From a virus (lineage: Duplodnaviria > Caudoviricetes), in the IMG/VR virus record IMGVR_UViG_3300030108_000869, positions 1 to 53,888 of that record: a DNA stretch of 53,888 nt. The stretch is one strand, 5' to 3'. A program made the position numbers and the translations under genes. The notes beneath the pieces are model-generated. The model saw nothing but the letters and a program-made list of their open reading frames with translations. It had not been told where the DNA came from and did not search any database. Below are positions 45,249-53,888 of the stretch, in pieces (position 1 is the first letter of the stretch; each line of letters begins with the position of its first letter).

Positions 45249-46373
45249 TTAAATATTAGATAGTGACCGCTCAGCTAGACTTCTTAAAAATGCATCTTGA
45301 TCTTCTTTACTTGAATTCTTACTTAAAGCCCTTTTACGTAATGCTGCAGCAGCATCAAGTTTTTTAGTTTTTTCAGGCTTAGCTTTTCTAACAGGAACTT
45401 TTTTAGAAGGCACAGCTTTTCTTTTTGCTTCACCTTTTTTAATTCCCTGTTTAAGAATTCTATAATCATTAACAAACTTAACTATATTAGGATCAACAAT
45501 AGTATCTAATACTTCTTGTTTAATACCTTCATTAAGTGCAAACTCACGAATATCTTTAGCAACAGTCTCATTAAATCCAGGAATTAAAGTTGGAATAGTT
45601 TCATCAAATATTTTTATTTGTTCATTCCAGGCTTTTTGTACCTGCTCTTGAGATTTTTCAGCAATAGTTTTTTGTAAACTTTCTCGCTCTTTTCTTGCTG
45701 TCCAATATTTTTTTTGAATTTGTTCTCGTTTATCTTTAAGTTCACTAAGAGTATATGTATCATTTTCATCACGAGCTTTTTCAATTTGTTCTTCAACACT
45801 GTGAAAATCTTTTGCATGACTTTGCTCTGATTTATATAATACTGCAATTGAAGTATCCGACATTTCTTTTACTTCTTTAAGTTTATCTTGATACTCTTTT
45901 TCTAAGTCTTTCCTTGCGTCACCAAGTTCACGACCCTTTTTAGATAGAGATTGTTCAGTAGAATAACCTTTAATAAGATCATTAAAAGAAACTTCAGTAT
46001 CTTGCCCATCGATCTTAATAGATACTTTTGCTTCTAAGTCTAATTCTTCAGGAGTAAATAATGTAGTGTCTTGGGTAGCGGATTCTTCATCGGCATCCTC
46101 AACCACTTCTTCAACTTCTTCAGTTTCAGCTTCTTCTTCAACTTCTTCTTTTACAGGTTCATCAGTTTCTTTTGGGTCTTCTATTTCTTCTGATTCGCCT
46201 GGGTCTACTTCAGGTACTTGCTCTTCGGGTAGAGATTTTTCTTCTTTCGGTACGAAGTCCGAATTAGAAATAATGTCAGCCAGCAATTGTTCTTGTGTTC
46301 GACCATCCTTTGCAATAGCGTCATCCGCAGGTGGGGTAGAGGCTACTTCTGCTTCGGTTATTTGTTCACTCAT
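45249..46373 (-). CDS. capsid scaffolding protein
   Basis: acidic N-terminus, KIDGQDTEVSFNDLIKGY, coiled coil, upstream of MCP. Confidence 0.85.
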   Translation of the reverse strand: MSEQITEAEVASTPPADDAIAKDGRTQEQLLADIISNSDFVPKEEKSLPEEQVPEVDPGESEEIEDPKETDEPVKEEVEEEAETEEVEEVVEDADEESATQDTTLFTPEELDLEAKVSIKIDGQDTEVSFNDLIKGYSTEQSLSKKGRELGDARKDLEKEYQDKLKEVKEMSDTSIAVLYKSEQSHAKDFHSVEEQIEKARDENDTYTLSELKDKREQIQKKYWTARKERESLQKTIAEKSQEQVQKAWNEQIKIFDETIPTLIPGFNETVAKDIREFALNEGIKQEVLDTIVDPNIVKFVNDYRILKQGIKKGEAKRKAVPSKKVPVRKAKPEKTKKLDAAAALRKRALSKNSSKEDQDAFLRSLAERSLSNI

Positions 46374-46564
46374 TTCTTAACTACCTCTTTTTTAGGTTTT
46401 AATAGTGAATGGTATCTCTGTTGTAATTGATACAAATAATATAATTTATCACAGTTAAGTTTAGCTTTACCACCACTTCTGCTTGAATCATATTCTAATG
46501 TATTAATCATTTCTTCAATATTCTGTAATAATCTATCATAATCAATTTCTCTGATTATCATCAT
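46370..46564 (-). CDS. hypothetical protein
   Basis: 64 aa, coupled. Confidence 0.65.
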   Translation of the reverse strand: MMIIREIDYDRLLQNIEEMINTLEYDSSRSGGKAKLNCDKLYYLYQLQQRYHSLLKPKKEVVKK

Positions 46565-46883
46565 TGCCCTCCTTTAGGTATGGAATATTTTTTCCATATG
46601 TCTCGAAGTTTATCATTCTTTCTTTAACACTACCAAGTGCCATAGCTGAAGAGTAGAGGAACTCTCGAGATTTTGTTTCATGTGGTTCGGTCTTTAACCA
46701 CTCAACAAATAAGTCAATTAAGACTTCGCCATATACTTCATCAAAAAATTCATCTCGTTCTTTAGATGCGAAGTGCCCTTTAACATGGGCACGCCGCGCT
46801 AATTCTTCAGGATGTATTTTATGTTTACCGTATGACTTTTCATTACCCAGCCTCTTCTCAGCTGTCTCACGGTACTTATCCAT
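46542..46883 (-). CDS. conserved head-region protein
   Basis: WLKTEPHETKSREFLY; start revised to MDKY. Confidence 0.7.
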   Translation of the reverse strand: MDKYRETAEKRLGNEKSYGKHKIHPEELARRAHVKGHFASKERDEFFDEVYGEVLIDLFVEWLKTEPHETKSREFLYSSAMALGSVKERMINFETYGKNIPYLKEGNDDNQRN

Positions 46884-46884
46884 A

Positions 46885-46998
46885 CTAGCCGCCAAATATC
46901 ATGACTAGTGTTGGTGTAATTACTTCCTTTGCTAAACCAATAGCTAGTACAGCTTTGATGCCAAAACTAACTACGCCTGAAAATGTAATTGGATCCAT
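46885..46998 (-). CDS. 37 aa hydrophobic peptide
   Basis: read manually; GGAGGA RBS; MDPITFSGVVSFGIKAVLAIGLAKEVITPTLVMIFGG. Confidence 0.6.
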   Translation of the reverse strand: MDPITFSGVVSFGIKAVLAIGLAKEVITPTLVMIFGG

Positions 46999-47007
46999 AA
47001 TGTCCTC

Positions 47008-47430
47008 CTATTTAATTTTAATTAATTTGGGTTTCTTTTCTTCTGGAATAATTCTTTCCAGTAATATAGTTAAAAGACCATCTTCTAACTTTGCGTCTTT
47101 AACTTCAATGTCATCTGCAATTGTAAACTCACGGGTAAACTTTCTATATGATATACCTTTGTAAACGTTTTTTGTATCATGTTCGTTTTCTTTTACAGAT
47201 TTTATTTTTAATACATTATCTGCAACTTCAATTTCAATATCTTTTTTACTGAAACCTGCAAGTGCCATTTCAATTCTAAAATTATATTCATCGTCCTTCA
47301 TAATATCATATGGAGGATATGTTTTAGTTACTCTTGAACTATGCGCAAGCTGATCGAATAAACGATCAAAGCCAACAGCATAAGGTGTTAATGTATTAAA
47401 GTGATCAAATAAAGTTAATGTTTGATTCAT
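47008..47430 (-). CDS. hsp20: small heat shock protein (IbpA-like)
   Basis: GFDRLF, YPPYDI, IEMALAGF, KGISYRKFTREF, DGLLTI.LER.IPEEKKP. Confidence 0.95.
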   Translation of the reverse strand: MNQTLTLFDHFNTLTPYAVGFDRLFDQLAHSSRVTKTYPPYDIMKDDEYNFRIEMALAGFSKKDIEIEVADNVLKIKSVKENEHDTKNVYKGISYRKFTREFTIADDIEVKDAKLEDGLLTILLERIIPEEKKPKLIKIK

Positions 47431-47436
47431 AAGTTT

Positions 47437-47481
47437 TCTCCTTTGTAAGCAAGATTGTTAGTAACCCATTAGGCGTTACTA
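47437..47481 (-). promoter_or_regulatory. ROSE-like RNA thermometer in hsp20 leader
   Basis: TCTTGCTT-ACA-AAGGAGA pairs UUGCU with the SD (bulged G); upstream hairpin TAGTAAC/GTTACTA. Confidence 0.65.
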
Positions 47482-47539
47482 TTTATTAATTATTTTACGT
47501 AACCATTCAATATATTTTTGAAGTAGTTCTTTATTCATA

Positions 47540-47848
47540 TTAAGCACTAGCTTGAAGTACGTAAACTTTTTCGTTAACTTGTGCAGCAGTTCCATGTGCG
47601 GTTTTAACATTATGTAATGTTTGATTTCCATTACCAAGTCCTGTTACTCTTGAAAATGATTTTGCAGCTATATATTGATTGCTCAATACTGTAGTTGCTC
47701 CTGTCTTTACATCAAAAGTAAGTGGCGAATCAGTATCATTACAAACCATTATAACACCGGCTGTTCCACCTGCGTTAGTTGCGATATTTCCTGATTGAGC
47801 TGCACCTATACCAGATGCGTTTATTGTTACTGTTTCTACAGTTGCCAT
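47540..47848 (-). CDS. small beta-rich putative virion protein
   Basis: 102 aa Thr/Gly/Ala rich, GGAG RBS. Confidence 0.65.
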   Translation of the reverse strand: MATVETVTINASGIGAAQSGNIATNAGGTAGVIMVCNDTDSPLTFDVKTGATTVLSNQYIAAKSFSRVTGLGNGNQTLHNVKTAHGTAAQVNEKVYVLQASA

Positions 47849-47850
47849 AA

Positions 47851-49989
47851 TTATTCTCCCTTTAAAATTTGTTTGGCCATCATTATAATTTGAGCATAGT
47901 TAGGATGCTCAGCTATTGGGGCACCTTCCTTAGTTGCTTTAATATTAAGGTCAGCCCATTCTTGATAATGTTTATCTATAGCTACAGCTAATTGTTTTGC
48001 ATTATCATCTTCAGTATTTTTAGTTTGAGCTTGTGTAAAACTTACATTTGCCTCCGCTAAAGCGGAATCTGCTGCAGCTTTTCTCTGAGCTAATCCCATA
48101 TCTACTTCAGCTTTTTGCGATTGCATTTGCATAGCTTTTACAGCTCTTTGTTTAAATTCGTCAGTAGTATAATCTTCTAAGAAATCATTACTATCTATAT
48201 TCATAGCTTCTATTAATTTAGTTGCTAATACTGCAGGTGCTTCAGGTTTAATGATTATACCCGCACCTTGCGTATTAAGTGCTGGTAATATGTCTGAGCC
48301 TATCTTAGATAACTTTTGAATCATATTAGCATTTGAGTTTTCACCAATATCTAAAGCTATTTCAACATCCATATTTTTTGGAAGGTCATCCATATTAACA
48401 GTACCATAGATACCATCCATATTATATGAAATCATACCCTTCATATTCTTTGACATAGTATGATATAAACCAGATATTAATTTTTTAAATCCTGTTTCAG
48501 CAAATCTACGTGCAATATGTTGTATTCTTTTTTGTGCTGCAGACTGCACAGCAGCTAGTTTCTGCTCTGAGTTACCTGATATATATAAAGTATCATTAAG
48601 GCCTTGTGCGGCCTTCGACATGCCCGTTGCTTGCTCCTTTATTACTTGTAAGTATTCTAATAATGGTACTGTACCTGAAGATATTGTTTCAGGTGCCATC
48701 TGTTGTACTGCGCCTACAGGATTACCATTAGTTGGTATAATCTGTTTAGGCTTCATATTCTGTAATGCACTAAAATCAACTACATTAGGATCTGCTAACT
48801 TAGGACTATAGTTAGTTAAATAAGTATTTTCTACAAAACCTCTTAATACTGCTGTATTTGCTAACGTAGATGATCTAGCAAAGTCTGCCATTGATAAACC
48901 ATAGAACTCAAATGGTATATCAATAGGTACAATAGAAGCTAATGGTATGTGATCAACGTCTTCTTCATGTAATATATGCGTACCTACAGAAATAATATAC
49001 TTTAATTCTGCAATACCGTCACCATCTCTGTCTACATGTACCCAAGATTCTGTAACTGCAAGGTTTTTATTAGCTTCTAATGGCTCAGTATCGTACATAT
49101 TACTACCTTGCCAGTATTCTTGGCCAGTAACTTCTTTTCTTGCAGCTATATCTTCTGAATATTTTGAAGATCCTACCCAATTATCACCATATAACTCATC
49201 CCAGTCTGTAATTTCTGCGCTAGCTTCAGGATAATACTTTCTTATTTCTGATCTTGTCATCTCTGTTTGTATACCAACAAAAGATGCGTCTTCAATTGTA
49301 GTAGCTTCTCTAGAAATTCTAAAATTTTCTGGTGGTATTAAGTCTATTTTTACACGAGATTTGTTTATTGTTCTTTTTATACGTACATTTATATAAGTTA
49401 GTTCTGCTTTTATCTCTTCTCCTTCTAAAGGATTAATTTCTTGAAAAGTATTTTCAAACTGTAACTCACCAACTACTTCAATACTGTCATCTGCAAGTAG
49501 CTCATCTAATTTTGATTGTGATATTTTATCAAATTCTTCAAACATATGGTCAAATTCTTCTACATATGTCCAACGACATACAGAATTTTTCCATAATAAA
49601 GAGGCTTTAATCCATTGCTGCATCAATTCCCAGCCATTATTCTTTTTAAACAAACAATAATTAACTAAATTAGATGCATCTTTGGCCGCAGCAAAGCTGC
49701 CCGGAGTTTCATCGTACGGTACAAAGCGTGCTAGTTTATTATTATTTAAAAATAAATCAGATATAATAGCAGTATATGCTTCAATTATTTCAGTTGTAGA
49801 TGTATCAACTATTGTTGAAACACCTTGCGGCATTAAATGATACTCAGGTACTCCTGCATATTCATAAGTAGCTTTTAATCTTTCACGAGTTAAATCTGAA
49901 GAGTTTAAAAAATCACCCGTTGAATTCATTACACCTTCATCAATTAGATTAATAAGCTGCTCATCAGTTACTTTTTCATAGGAAGTCAT
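47851..49989 (-). CDS. portal protein
   Basis: 712 aa; LIPPENFRIS, DRDGDGIAEL, EQATGMSKAAQGL, HIARRFAETG. Confidence 0.9.
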   Translation of the reverse strand: MTSYEKVTDEQLINLIDEGVMNSTGDFLNSSDLTRERLKATYEYAGVPEYHLMPQGVSTIVDTSTTEIIEAYTAIISDLFLNNNKLARFVPYDETPGSFAAAKDASNLVNYCLFKKNNGWELMQQWIKASLLWKNSVCRWTYVEEFDHMFEEFDKISQSKLDELLADDSIEVVGELQFENTFQEINPLEGEEIKAELTYINVRIKRTINKSRVKIDLIPPENFRISREATTIEDASFVGIQTEMTRSEIRKYYPEASAEITDWDELYGDNWVGSSKYSEDIAARKEVTGQEYWQGSNMYDTEPLEANKNLAVTESWVHVDRDGDGIAELKYIISVGTHILHEEDVDHIPLASIVPIDIPFEFYGLSMADFARSSTLANTAVLRGFVENTYLTNYSPKLADPNVVDFSALQNMKPKQIIPTNGNPVGAVQQMAPETISSGTVPLLEYLQVIKEQATGMSKAAQGLNDTLYISGNSEQKLAAVQSAAQKRIQHIARRFAETGFKKLISGLYHTMSKNMKGMISYNMDGIYGTVNMDDLPKNMDVEIALDIGENSNANMIQKLSKIGSDILPALNTQGAGIIIKPEAPAVLATKLIEAMNIDSNDFLEDYTTDEFKQRAVKAMQMQSQKAEVDMGLAQRKAAADSALAEANVSFTQAQTKNTEDDNAKQLAVAIDKHYQEWADLNIKATKEGAPIAEHPNYAQIIMMAKQILKGE

Positions 49990-50150
49990 TTACTACCTCC
50001 CTGATGCATAAGCACTTTCTTTTTTAACTCCTGTAAATCTGAAACTGCGTATGAACCAGGTTTAGGAAGAGTCCTAGGTTTTTTATCTTTCTTTCCTTTA
50101 CCTGATAAATATTTAGGCTCATTACCATTTTGTATATATCTTTCAAACAT
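49986..50150 (-). CDS. 54 aa basic protein
   Basis: read manually; AGGAG RBS; ATGA-coupled to portal. Confidence 0.55.
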   Translation of the reverse strand: MFERYIQNGNEPKYLSGKGKKDKKPRTLPKPGSYAVSDLQELKKKVLMHQGGSK

Positions 50151-50168
50151 ATTCCGCTCCTGGGATTT

Positions 50169-50369
50169 TTAACATGTGCATTCTTTTTTGTTTGCTAGCT
50201 CTGCTAGTAACTCTTTATTTCTTTGTAGTAATTTATAATGTGCTTTTTGTAATTCTTTTAAATCCATTTTAACTAACCACAAAGCTTGTCTTGCAGATAA
50301 CATTTCTCTTCTTAATGTTTCTTCAAAACTTTCTTCATGGTTTTTCCATCCTTGTCCATTGATAACCAT
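50169..50369 (-). CDS. hypothetical coiled-coil protein
   Basis: 66 aa. Confidence 0.65.
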   Translation of the reverse strand: MVINGQGWKNHEESFEETLRREMLSARQALWLVKMDLKELQKAHYKLLQRNKELLAELANKKECTC

Positions 50370-50370
50370 A

Positions 50371-50706
50371 TCATCCTCTTTTACTCATCCATGCTGAAGT
50401 ACCCATGTATGCACCTACTATACCAGCACCTGATATATAAAATAGATTACTTACATCTGATAGGGCTTCTACTCTTTCTAATGGTACCCACGGTAAAAAC
50501 ATTGCTACTGTAAACACACCCATACCTATTAAAGTATATCTAGCCATTCTAAGTTGGCCCAACTGCTTACGCAGTGCAGCTTCTGTTTCTTTTATTTCTT
50601 TTAAATGCAATAGTTCTTCATCAGAAACTACACCGTCACCGTCTTCATCATACTCATTAAATCTTGAGTTTTTCTCTAAGTTTTTCTGTATTGCTTTCAT
50701 TACCAT
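50371..50706 (-). CDS. EF-hand-like loop plus two TM helices (holin-like)
   Basis: DEDGDGVVSDEE; two hydrophobic helices. Confidence 0.65.
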   Translation of the reverse strand: MVMKAIQKNLEKNSRFNEYDEDGDGVVSDEELLHLKEIKETEAALRKQLGQLRMARYTLIGMGVFTVAMFLPWVPLERVEALSDVSNLFYISGAGIVGAYMGTSAWMSKRG

Positions 50707-50911
50707 TGTACTTTTCCGGGTTTGTAAATTGATCCGTACATTTTTGTTTAATAACTACAAATGGTAATTTATTATTTATTATATCAAATTTCATTTCTTC
50801 TATTCTTACTTCGCATTTTTCCATTTCTACGTATGGACCATTTAGATCTTTAAATGTACGGCAATCCATAAAATTATAAACTGAGCATACCATTATGAAT
50901 GCTTCAAACAT
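50657..50911 (-). CDS. Cys-containing small protein
   Basis: MFEAFIMVC..C..GPY...C..C. Confidence 0.65.
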   Translation of the reverse strand: MFEAFIMVCSVYNFMDCRTFKDLNGPYVEMEKCEVRIEEMKFDIINNKLPFVVIKQKCTDQFTNPEKYNGNESNTEKLREKLKI

Positions 50912-50926
50912 GTCCTCATCTCCTTA

Positions 50927-51052
50927 TTATTTACATAGATCATCAAACTTTGTTGAATGTATCCTATGTCTGCTTTTATCAAGTAACTTATCTAATAATA
51001 TTTTATTTCTGTTTCCTATTAACCATAGCATTTGTTGAAATAAAAATATCAT
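50927..51052 (-). CDS. 41 aa hypothetical protein
   Basis: read manually; ATGA-coupled. Confidence 0.45.
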   Translation of the reverse strand: MIFLFQQMLWLIGNRNKILLDKLLDKSRHRIHSTKFDDLCK

Positions 51053-51300
51053 CTGTGCCTCGCTACTTTCTTTGCAATTCGTTTTGGTTGTTTAGAGTGC
51101 TGCTTACCAGCTTTAGTATCTTTTCTTTTCTTCCTAGTTGTTGCAGCATACTCAGCGGCAGTTAAAGATTTTATAGCTGACGATGGCATATATCTTTCAC
51201 CTGTAGCTTTTGGACCTACAGTAGAATTCTTACCACTCTTAGTTCGCCACTTTTCTTTACCCCACTTCTTTAGACTTTTTTGACCTTTAGTTAAAGCCAT
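51049..51300 (-). CDS. basic protein (DUF5872-like)
   Basis: QKSLKKWGKEKWRTKSG..TGERYMP. Confidence 0.7.
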   Translation of the reverse strand: MALTKGQKSLKKWGKEKWRTKSGKNSTVGPKATGERYMPSSAIKSLTAAEYAATTRKKRKDTKAGKQHSKQPKRIAKKVARHR

Positions 51301-51473
51301 TATCTATAGCCCCCACCTTTAGCTTTATATTGTTTAGCTAACATTTGAGCTTTACGTGCAGACCATTGTCCCGGTCTACCACCTTTACCACCTGCTTTTA
51401 TTCTCTGAAAGAGTTGCTTACGCATAGTTGGTTTAGTATAATTACCTGCTTTATTTACTGTACTTTTAGCCAT
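51300..51473 (-). CDS. 57 aa basic protein
   Basis: read manually: NYTKPTMRK..GGKGGRPGQWSARKAQMLAKQYKAKGGGY. Confidence 0.75.
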   Translation of the reverse strand: MAKSTVNKAGNYTKPTMRKQLFQRIKAGGKGGRPGQWSARKAQMLAKQYKAKGGGYR

Positions 51474-51474
51474 A

Positions 51475-51759
51475 TTACCATTTAACCTTATGTGACCAGT
51501 ATCTGGCGCTTAACTTGCTTGGGTTTGCATCTTGCGCATTATGTCTAGCATAATATGATTTCTTACGCGCTTTATCTTTTTTACTTGTAGGATTTTTACC
51601 AGCACCACGTACGCCTTGCTGTCCAAATCTAATTGTTTTAATTTTATCACCCTGTTTAGCTACCACTACATGTGATTTAGTAGGATGCCCTGGAGTTCTT
51701 TTAGGTTTATTATAACCCGATACTCCGGCTCTTTTTAATCGCGGATCCCTTTCAGCCAT
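51475..51759 (-). CDS. basic phage protein
   Basis: KTIRFGQQG..YYARH..SARYWS. Confidence 0.75.
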   Translation of the reverse strand: MAERDPRLKRAGVSGYNKPKRTPGHPTKSHVVVAKQGDKIKTIRFGQQGVRGAGKNPTSKKDKARKKSYYARHNAQDANPSKLSARYWSHKVKW

Positions 51760-52046
51760 TAGCTTTCTCCTATAAAATCTATTATTTGAGCTGAATTATT
51801 ATCTTCAACTACTTCCCATTCTATAACTTCTTTCATTGCGCCTATATATTCTGATAGCCCCATCTCAGATAATAACTGTAATGGTGCGGCTAGCGTATCA
51901 CATTTAAATATTAATATCTTACATGATTTAGTTATTGTAAGTTTAATACCTAATGCTTCAGCTAATGCAATCATAGCTATAGATTCTTCAGGTGATATTT
52001 CGTCAACTAAAGTTATAATTTTTGTGTTTACACACTTAGCTTTCAT
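51759..52046 (-). CDS. hypothetical protein
   Basis: 95 aa, coupled. Confidence 0.65.
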   Translation of the reverse strand: MKAKCVNTKIITLVDEISPEESIAMIALAEALGIKLTITKSCKILIFKCDTLAAPLQLLSEMGLSEYIGAMKEVIEWEVVEDNNSAQIIDFIGES

Positions 52047-52159
52047 TGTATAAAGATATGATAAACTAACAAACCAATTATTAATAGCTTACCGTAATCT
52101 AAATCCCAGGCTGTGCCTTCACCAAAGTTTTTACTAAAATTCTTAAATTTTTCTTTCAT
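52043..52159 (-). CDS. 38 aa membrane peptide
   Basis: read manually; GGAGGT RBS; C-terminal LLIIGLLVYHIFI. Confidence 0.6.
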   Translation of the reverse strand: MKEKFKNFSKNFGEGTAWDLDYGKLLIIGLLVYHIFIQ

Positions 52160-52170
52160 ATATACCTCCA

Positions 52171-52226
52171 TAGGGTGGCGGATTTATCCCCTGCTTCCGC
52201 CGGAGCAGCGAGGACAATGGGAACTC
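52171..52226 (-). other. GC-rich structured element after terL (pseudoknot candidate)
   Basis: TGTCCT/GGGATA and CTGCT/AGCAG stems; loop GGCGGA complementary to downstream TCCGCC. Confidence 0.55.
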
Positions 52227-53888
52227 TTAAAGCCATTGTGTCTCATCATCGTCAACATAATCAGATCGTTGAGACCATGGTACTTTATCTTTTGTTAATC
52301 TGTCGTAGTGAGTTCTTAAAACTTCTAAGGCAATAGCTGTAGCCATAATAGTATCATCATGACACCCAGGAGCAGCCTCAGTTCTTCCGGAGTCGGTACT
52401 AACATAATCTTTTAATTCCTGTATAATAGTTTTAGATGCTATCCATATATCATCACTTTCTACAGCATTTTTTAAATTACCTATAATATGTGGTTTTGTT
52501 ACTTGTGTTGTTCTGAATCCCGGAGTAGCCCCTTCCTCTTTTGACAAAGAAGATATTTTAGTCTGCTTATATAAATTAATATAATTCATTTGCATTAATC
52601 TAGATAAGGTTGCAACACCCATAGAATTACTTTCAACAGCTAATAAAGCATTATTATAATATCTTCCTAAATAAAATAACAAATCACCAAACTTACTAGG
52701 GTCAATATGATTATCTCTATACAAACCAATTATTTTCCTATCAGTATTTAAAACAACTGCACAAGAATAATCTTGACCTACACCTAATGAAACATCAGCT
52801 GCTATTATATAGTTATCATCCCAAGATGGAAATTCCCATAATTCTATATTACCATCTAATGTATTTTCAAATGTGAATGAATTAAAGTCAAATGACAATT
52901 TCTTTTTAGGTGATTTAGGTAAAAGGTTTTGCACTTTTTCTAATGCAAATACAGATGAACCTGCAGTAATAAATGCTTCATCGGGAGTTGCCGGGTATTC
53001 CTGGCGGAACTTTAGTTCCCCACCTTCAGCAATCTTCAACCGACGCCAGTAGAGTTGTCCGTTGTTTAAGTTGTGTTGCTCTACCAGTAGCTCCTCTTCT
53101 GAGGAACGTTCGAAGTCTTCCGGTGGTTCACGATAGTATTCGGATGTCGTAAACCACGGAAGGAATATCGGTGTGTATTCATTTTCACCTTCTAATGCAC
53201 CACGCCATAATCTATAGAACTCTCCAGATGCACCATTAGCAGTTGATTCAAGTATGACCTCAGTACCTGGAGCTTCAGATATACCCTGGAACAAACCAGC
53301 TAATATCTTTTCATCATGCTGCCAAAATGCAATCTCTGATAGATGCGCTATAGTTGGTGTAGTACCTCTACCCGCTTCAGGTGATCCTGCAGTATATAAT
53401 CTATATGACGATACCGGTTTTTCACCAGAGCGATCTTTTTTAAAATGAGGTGATGAAATAACAATCTCTTTTGCGTTTGATCGTAATTCAGTCGGTTTAT
53501 ACAAAGAATCCATATTACGAATAATATTTCTACTCATTGTAAATAATGCATCAGATGTTGCACTGTCGTGAGCCATAACAACTGAACGAGCATGTGGTGT
53601 AAAATATGTTTTCCAAAACACTCTACCAGCACAGTAAGTTGATATTCCTTGCTGTCTGGCTTTCAATATAATAGCTCTAACTTTTCCGTTCGTTGTTAAC
53701 TGTTCATCTAAAATTTTTGTAATTTTTTTCTGACAGTCGTTGAACGTAAAATTTACAAAGCCCCTCCTTGCATCTTTAGTAATAATCTTAATATTATCTT
53801 TTGCAAAGTCAGTAAAGTTATTTTTATATTTATTTAGTTTACTTCTTTTATGTTTTTCTTCGAGAAGTTTTACTAACTCTTTTTTATT
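52227..53888 (-). CDS. terL: terminase large subunit (5' partial; frame open to window end)
   Basis: LKARQQGIST Walker A, HLSEIAFW Walker B, ESTANG, ADVSLG, VESN, HDD. Confidence 0.95.
   Translation of the reverse strand, partial: NKKELVKLLEEKHKRSKLNKYKNNFTDFAKDNIKIITKDARRGFVNFTFNDCQKKITKILDEQLTTNGKVRAIILKARQQGISTYCAGRVFWKTYFTPHARSVVMAHDSATSDALFTMSRNIIRNMDSLYKPTELRSNAKEIVISSPHFKKDRSGEKPVSSYRLYTAGSPEAGRGTTPTIAHLSEIAFWQHDEKILAGLFQGISEAPGTEVILESTANGASGEFYRLWRGALEGENEYTPIFLPWFTTSEYYREPPEDFERSSEEELLVEQHNLNNGQLYWRRLKIAEGGELKFRQEYPATPDEAFITAGSSVFALEKVQNLLPKSPKKKLSFDFNSFTFENTLDGNIELWEFPSWDDNYIIAADVSLGVGQDYSCAVVLNTDRKIIGLYRDNHIDPSKFGDLLFYLGRYYNNALLAVESNSMGVATLSRLMQMNYINLYKQTKISSLSKEEGATPGFRTTQVTKPHIIGNLKNAVESDDIWIASKTIIQELKDYVSTDSGRTEAAPGCHDDTIMATAIALEVLRTHYDRLTKDKVPWSQRSDYVDDDETQWL

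Noticed and set aside
52203-52223. HDV-like ribozyme (TCCCA..TCCTCGCTG on minus strand)
   Set aside because: P3 (TTG/GCT) cannot pair and no P1 is evident
6762-53448. Nested or antisense ORFs in the track (e.g. 6762, 9273, 9833, 9855, 10682, 12511, 13135, 18375, 20217, 31073, 40377, 42928, 46066, 46901, 53254)
   Set aside because: Overlap well-supported genes in another frame or strand, with no recognisable motifs
1-53888. Complete circular genome or terminal repeats
   Set aside because: No terminal repeat seen; joining the ends gives no in-frame start for terL

Overview
This window is most of an AT-rich lytic podovirus genome, probably marine. It is truncated at both ends: terL runs off the right edge and the two ends do not join in frame. 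The left arm (+ strand, 1-13.4 kb) holds early and replication genes: SSB, small membrane ORFs, tRNA-His, a nucleotide-metabolism block, PolA, exonuclease, RusA-like resolvase, primase-helicase, dCMP deaminase and a T7-family RNA polymerase. The right arm (- strand) holds morphogenesis genes: TerL, portal, Hsp20, scaffold, major capsid, adaptor, tail fibres, lysis-type membrane genes, class II RNR, nozzle and ejection proteins. Two systems stand out. (1) A second single-subunit RNA polymerase of about 1230 aa, with N4 virion-RNAP-type motifs, is a stand-alone gene at the end of the ejection-protein cluster. Two covarying N4-like hairpin promoter candidates lie in the early arm, and three copies of a different T7-style promoter lie on the late strand. 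Together these suggest a two-polymerase transcription cascade that may not need host RNAP. (2) A T4-like cytosine-modification kit: a thymidylate synthase homolog with the dCMP-specifying Asn-to-Asp change, a MazG-like NTP pyrophosphatase, an Nmad1/DUF1599-like protein, a T4 DenB-like endonuclease and a dCMP deaminase. Several structured RNA candidates and a repeat-flanked terS-like cassette are also present. All homology calls come from motif recognition by eye and recalled reference sequences; no searches were run.
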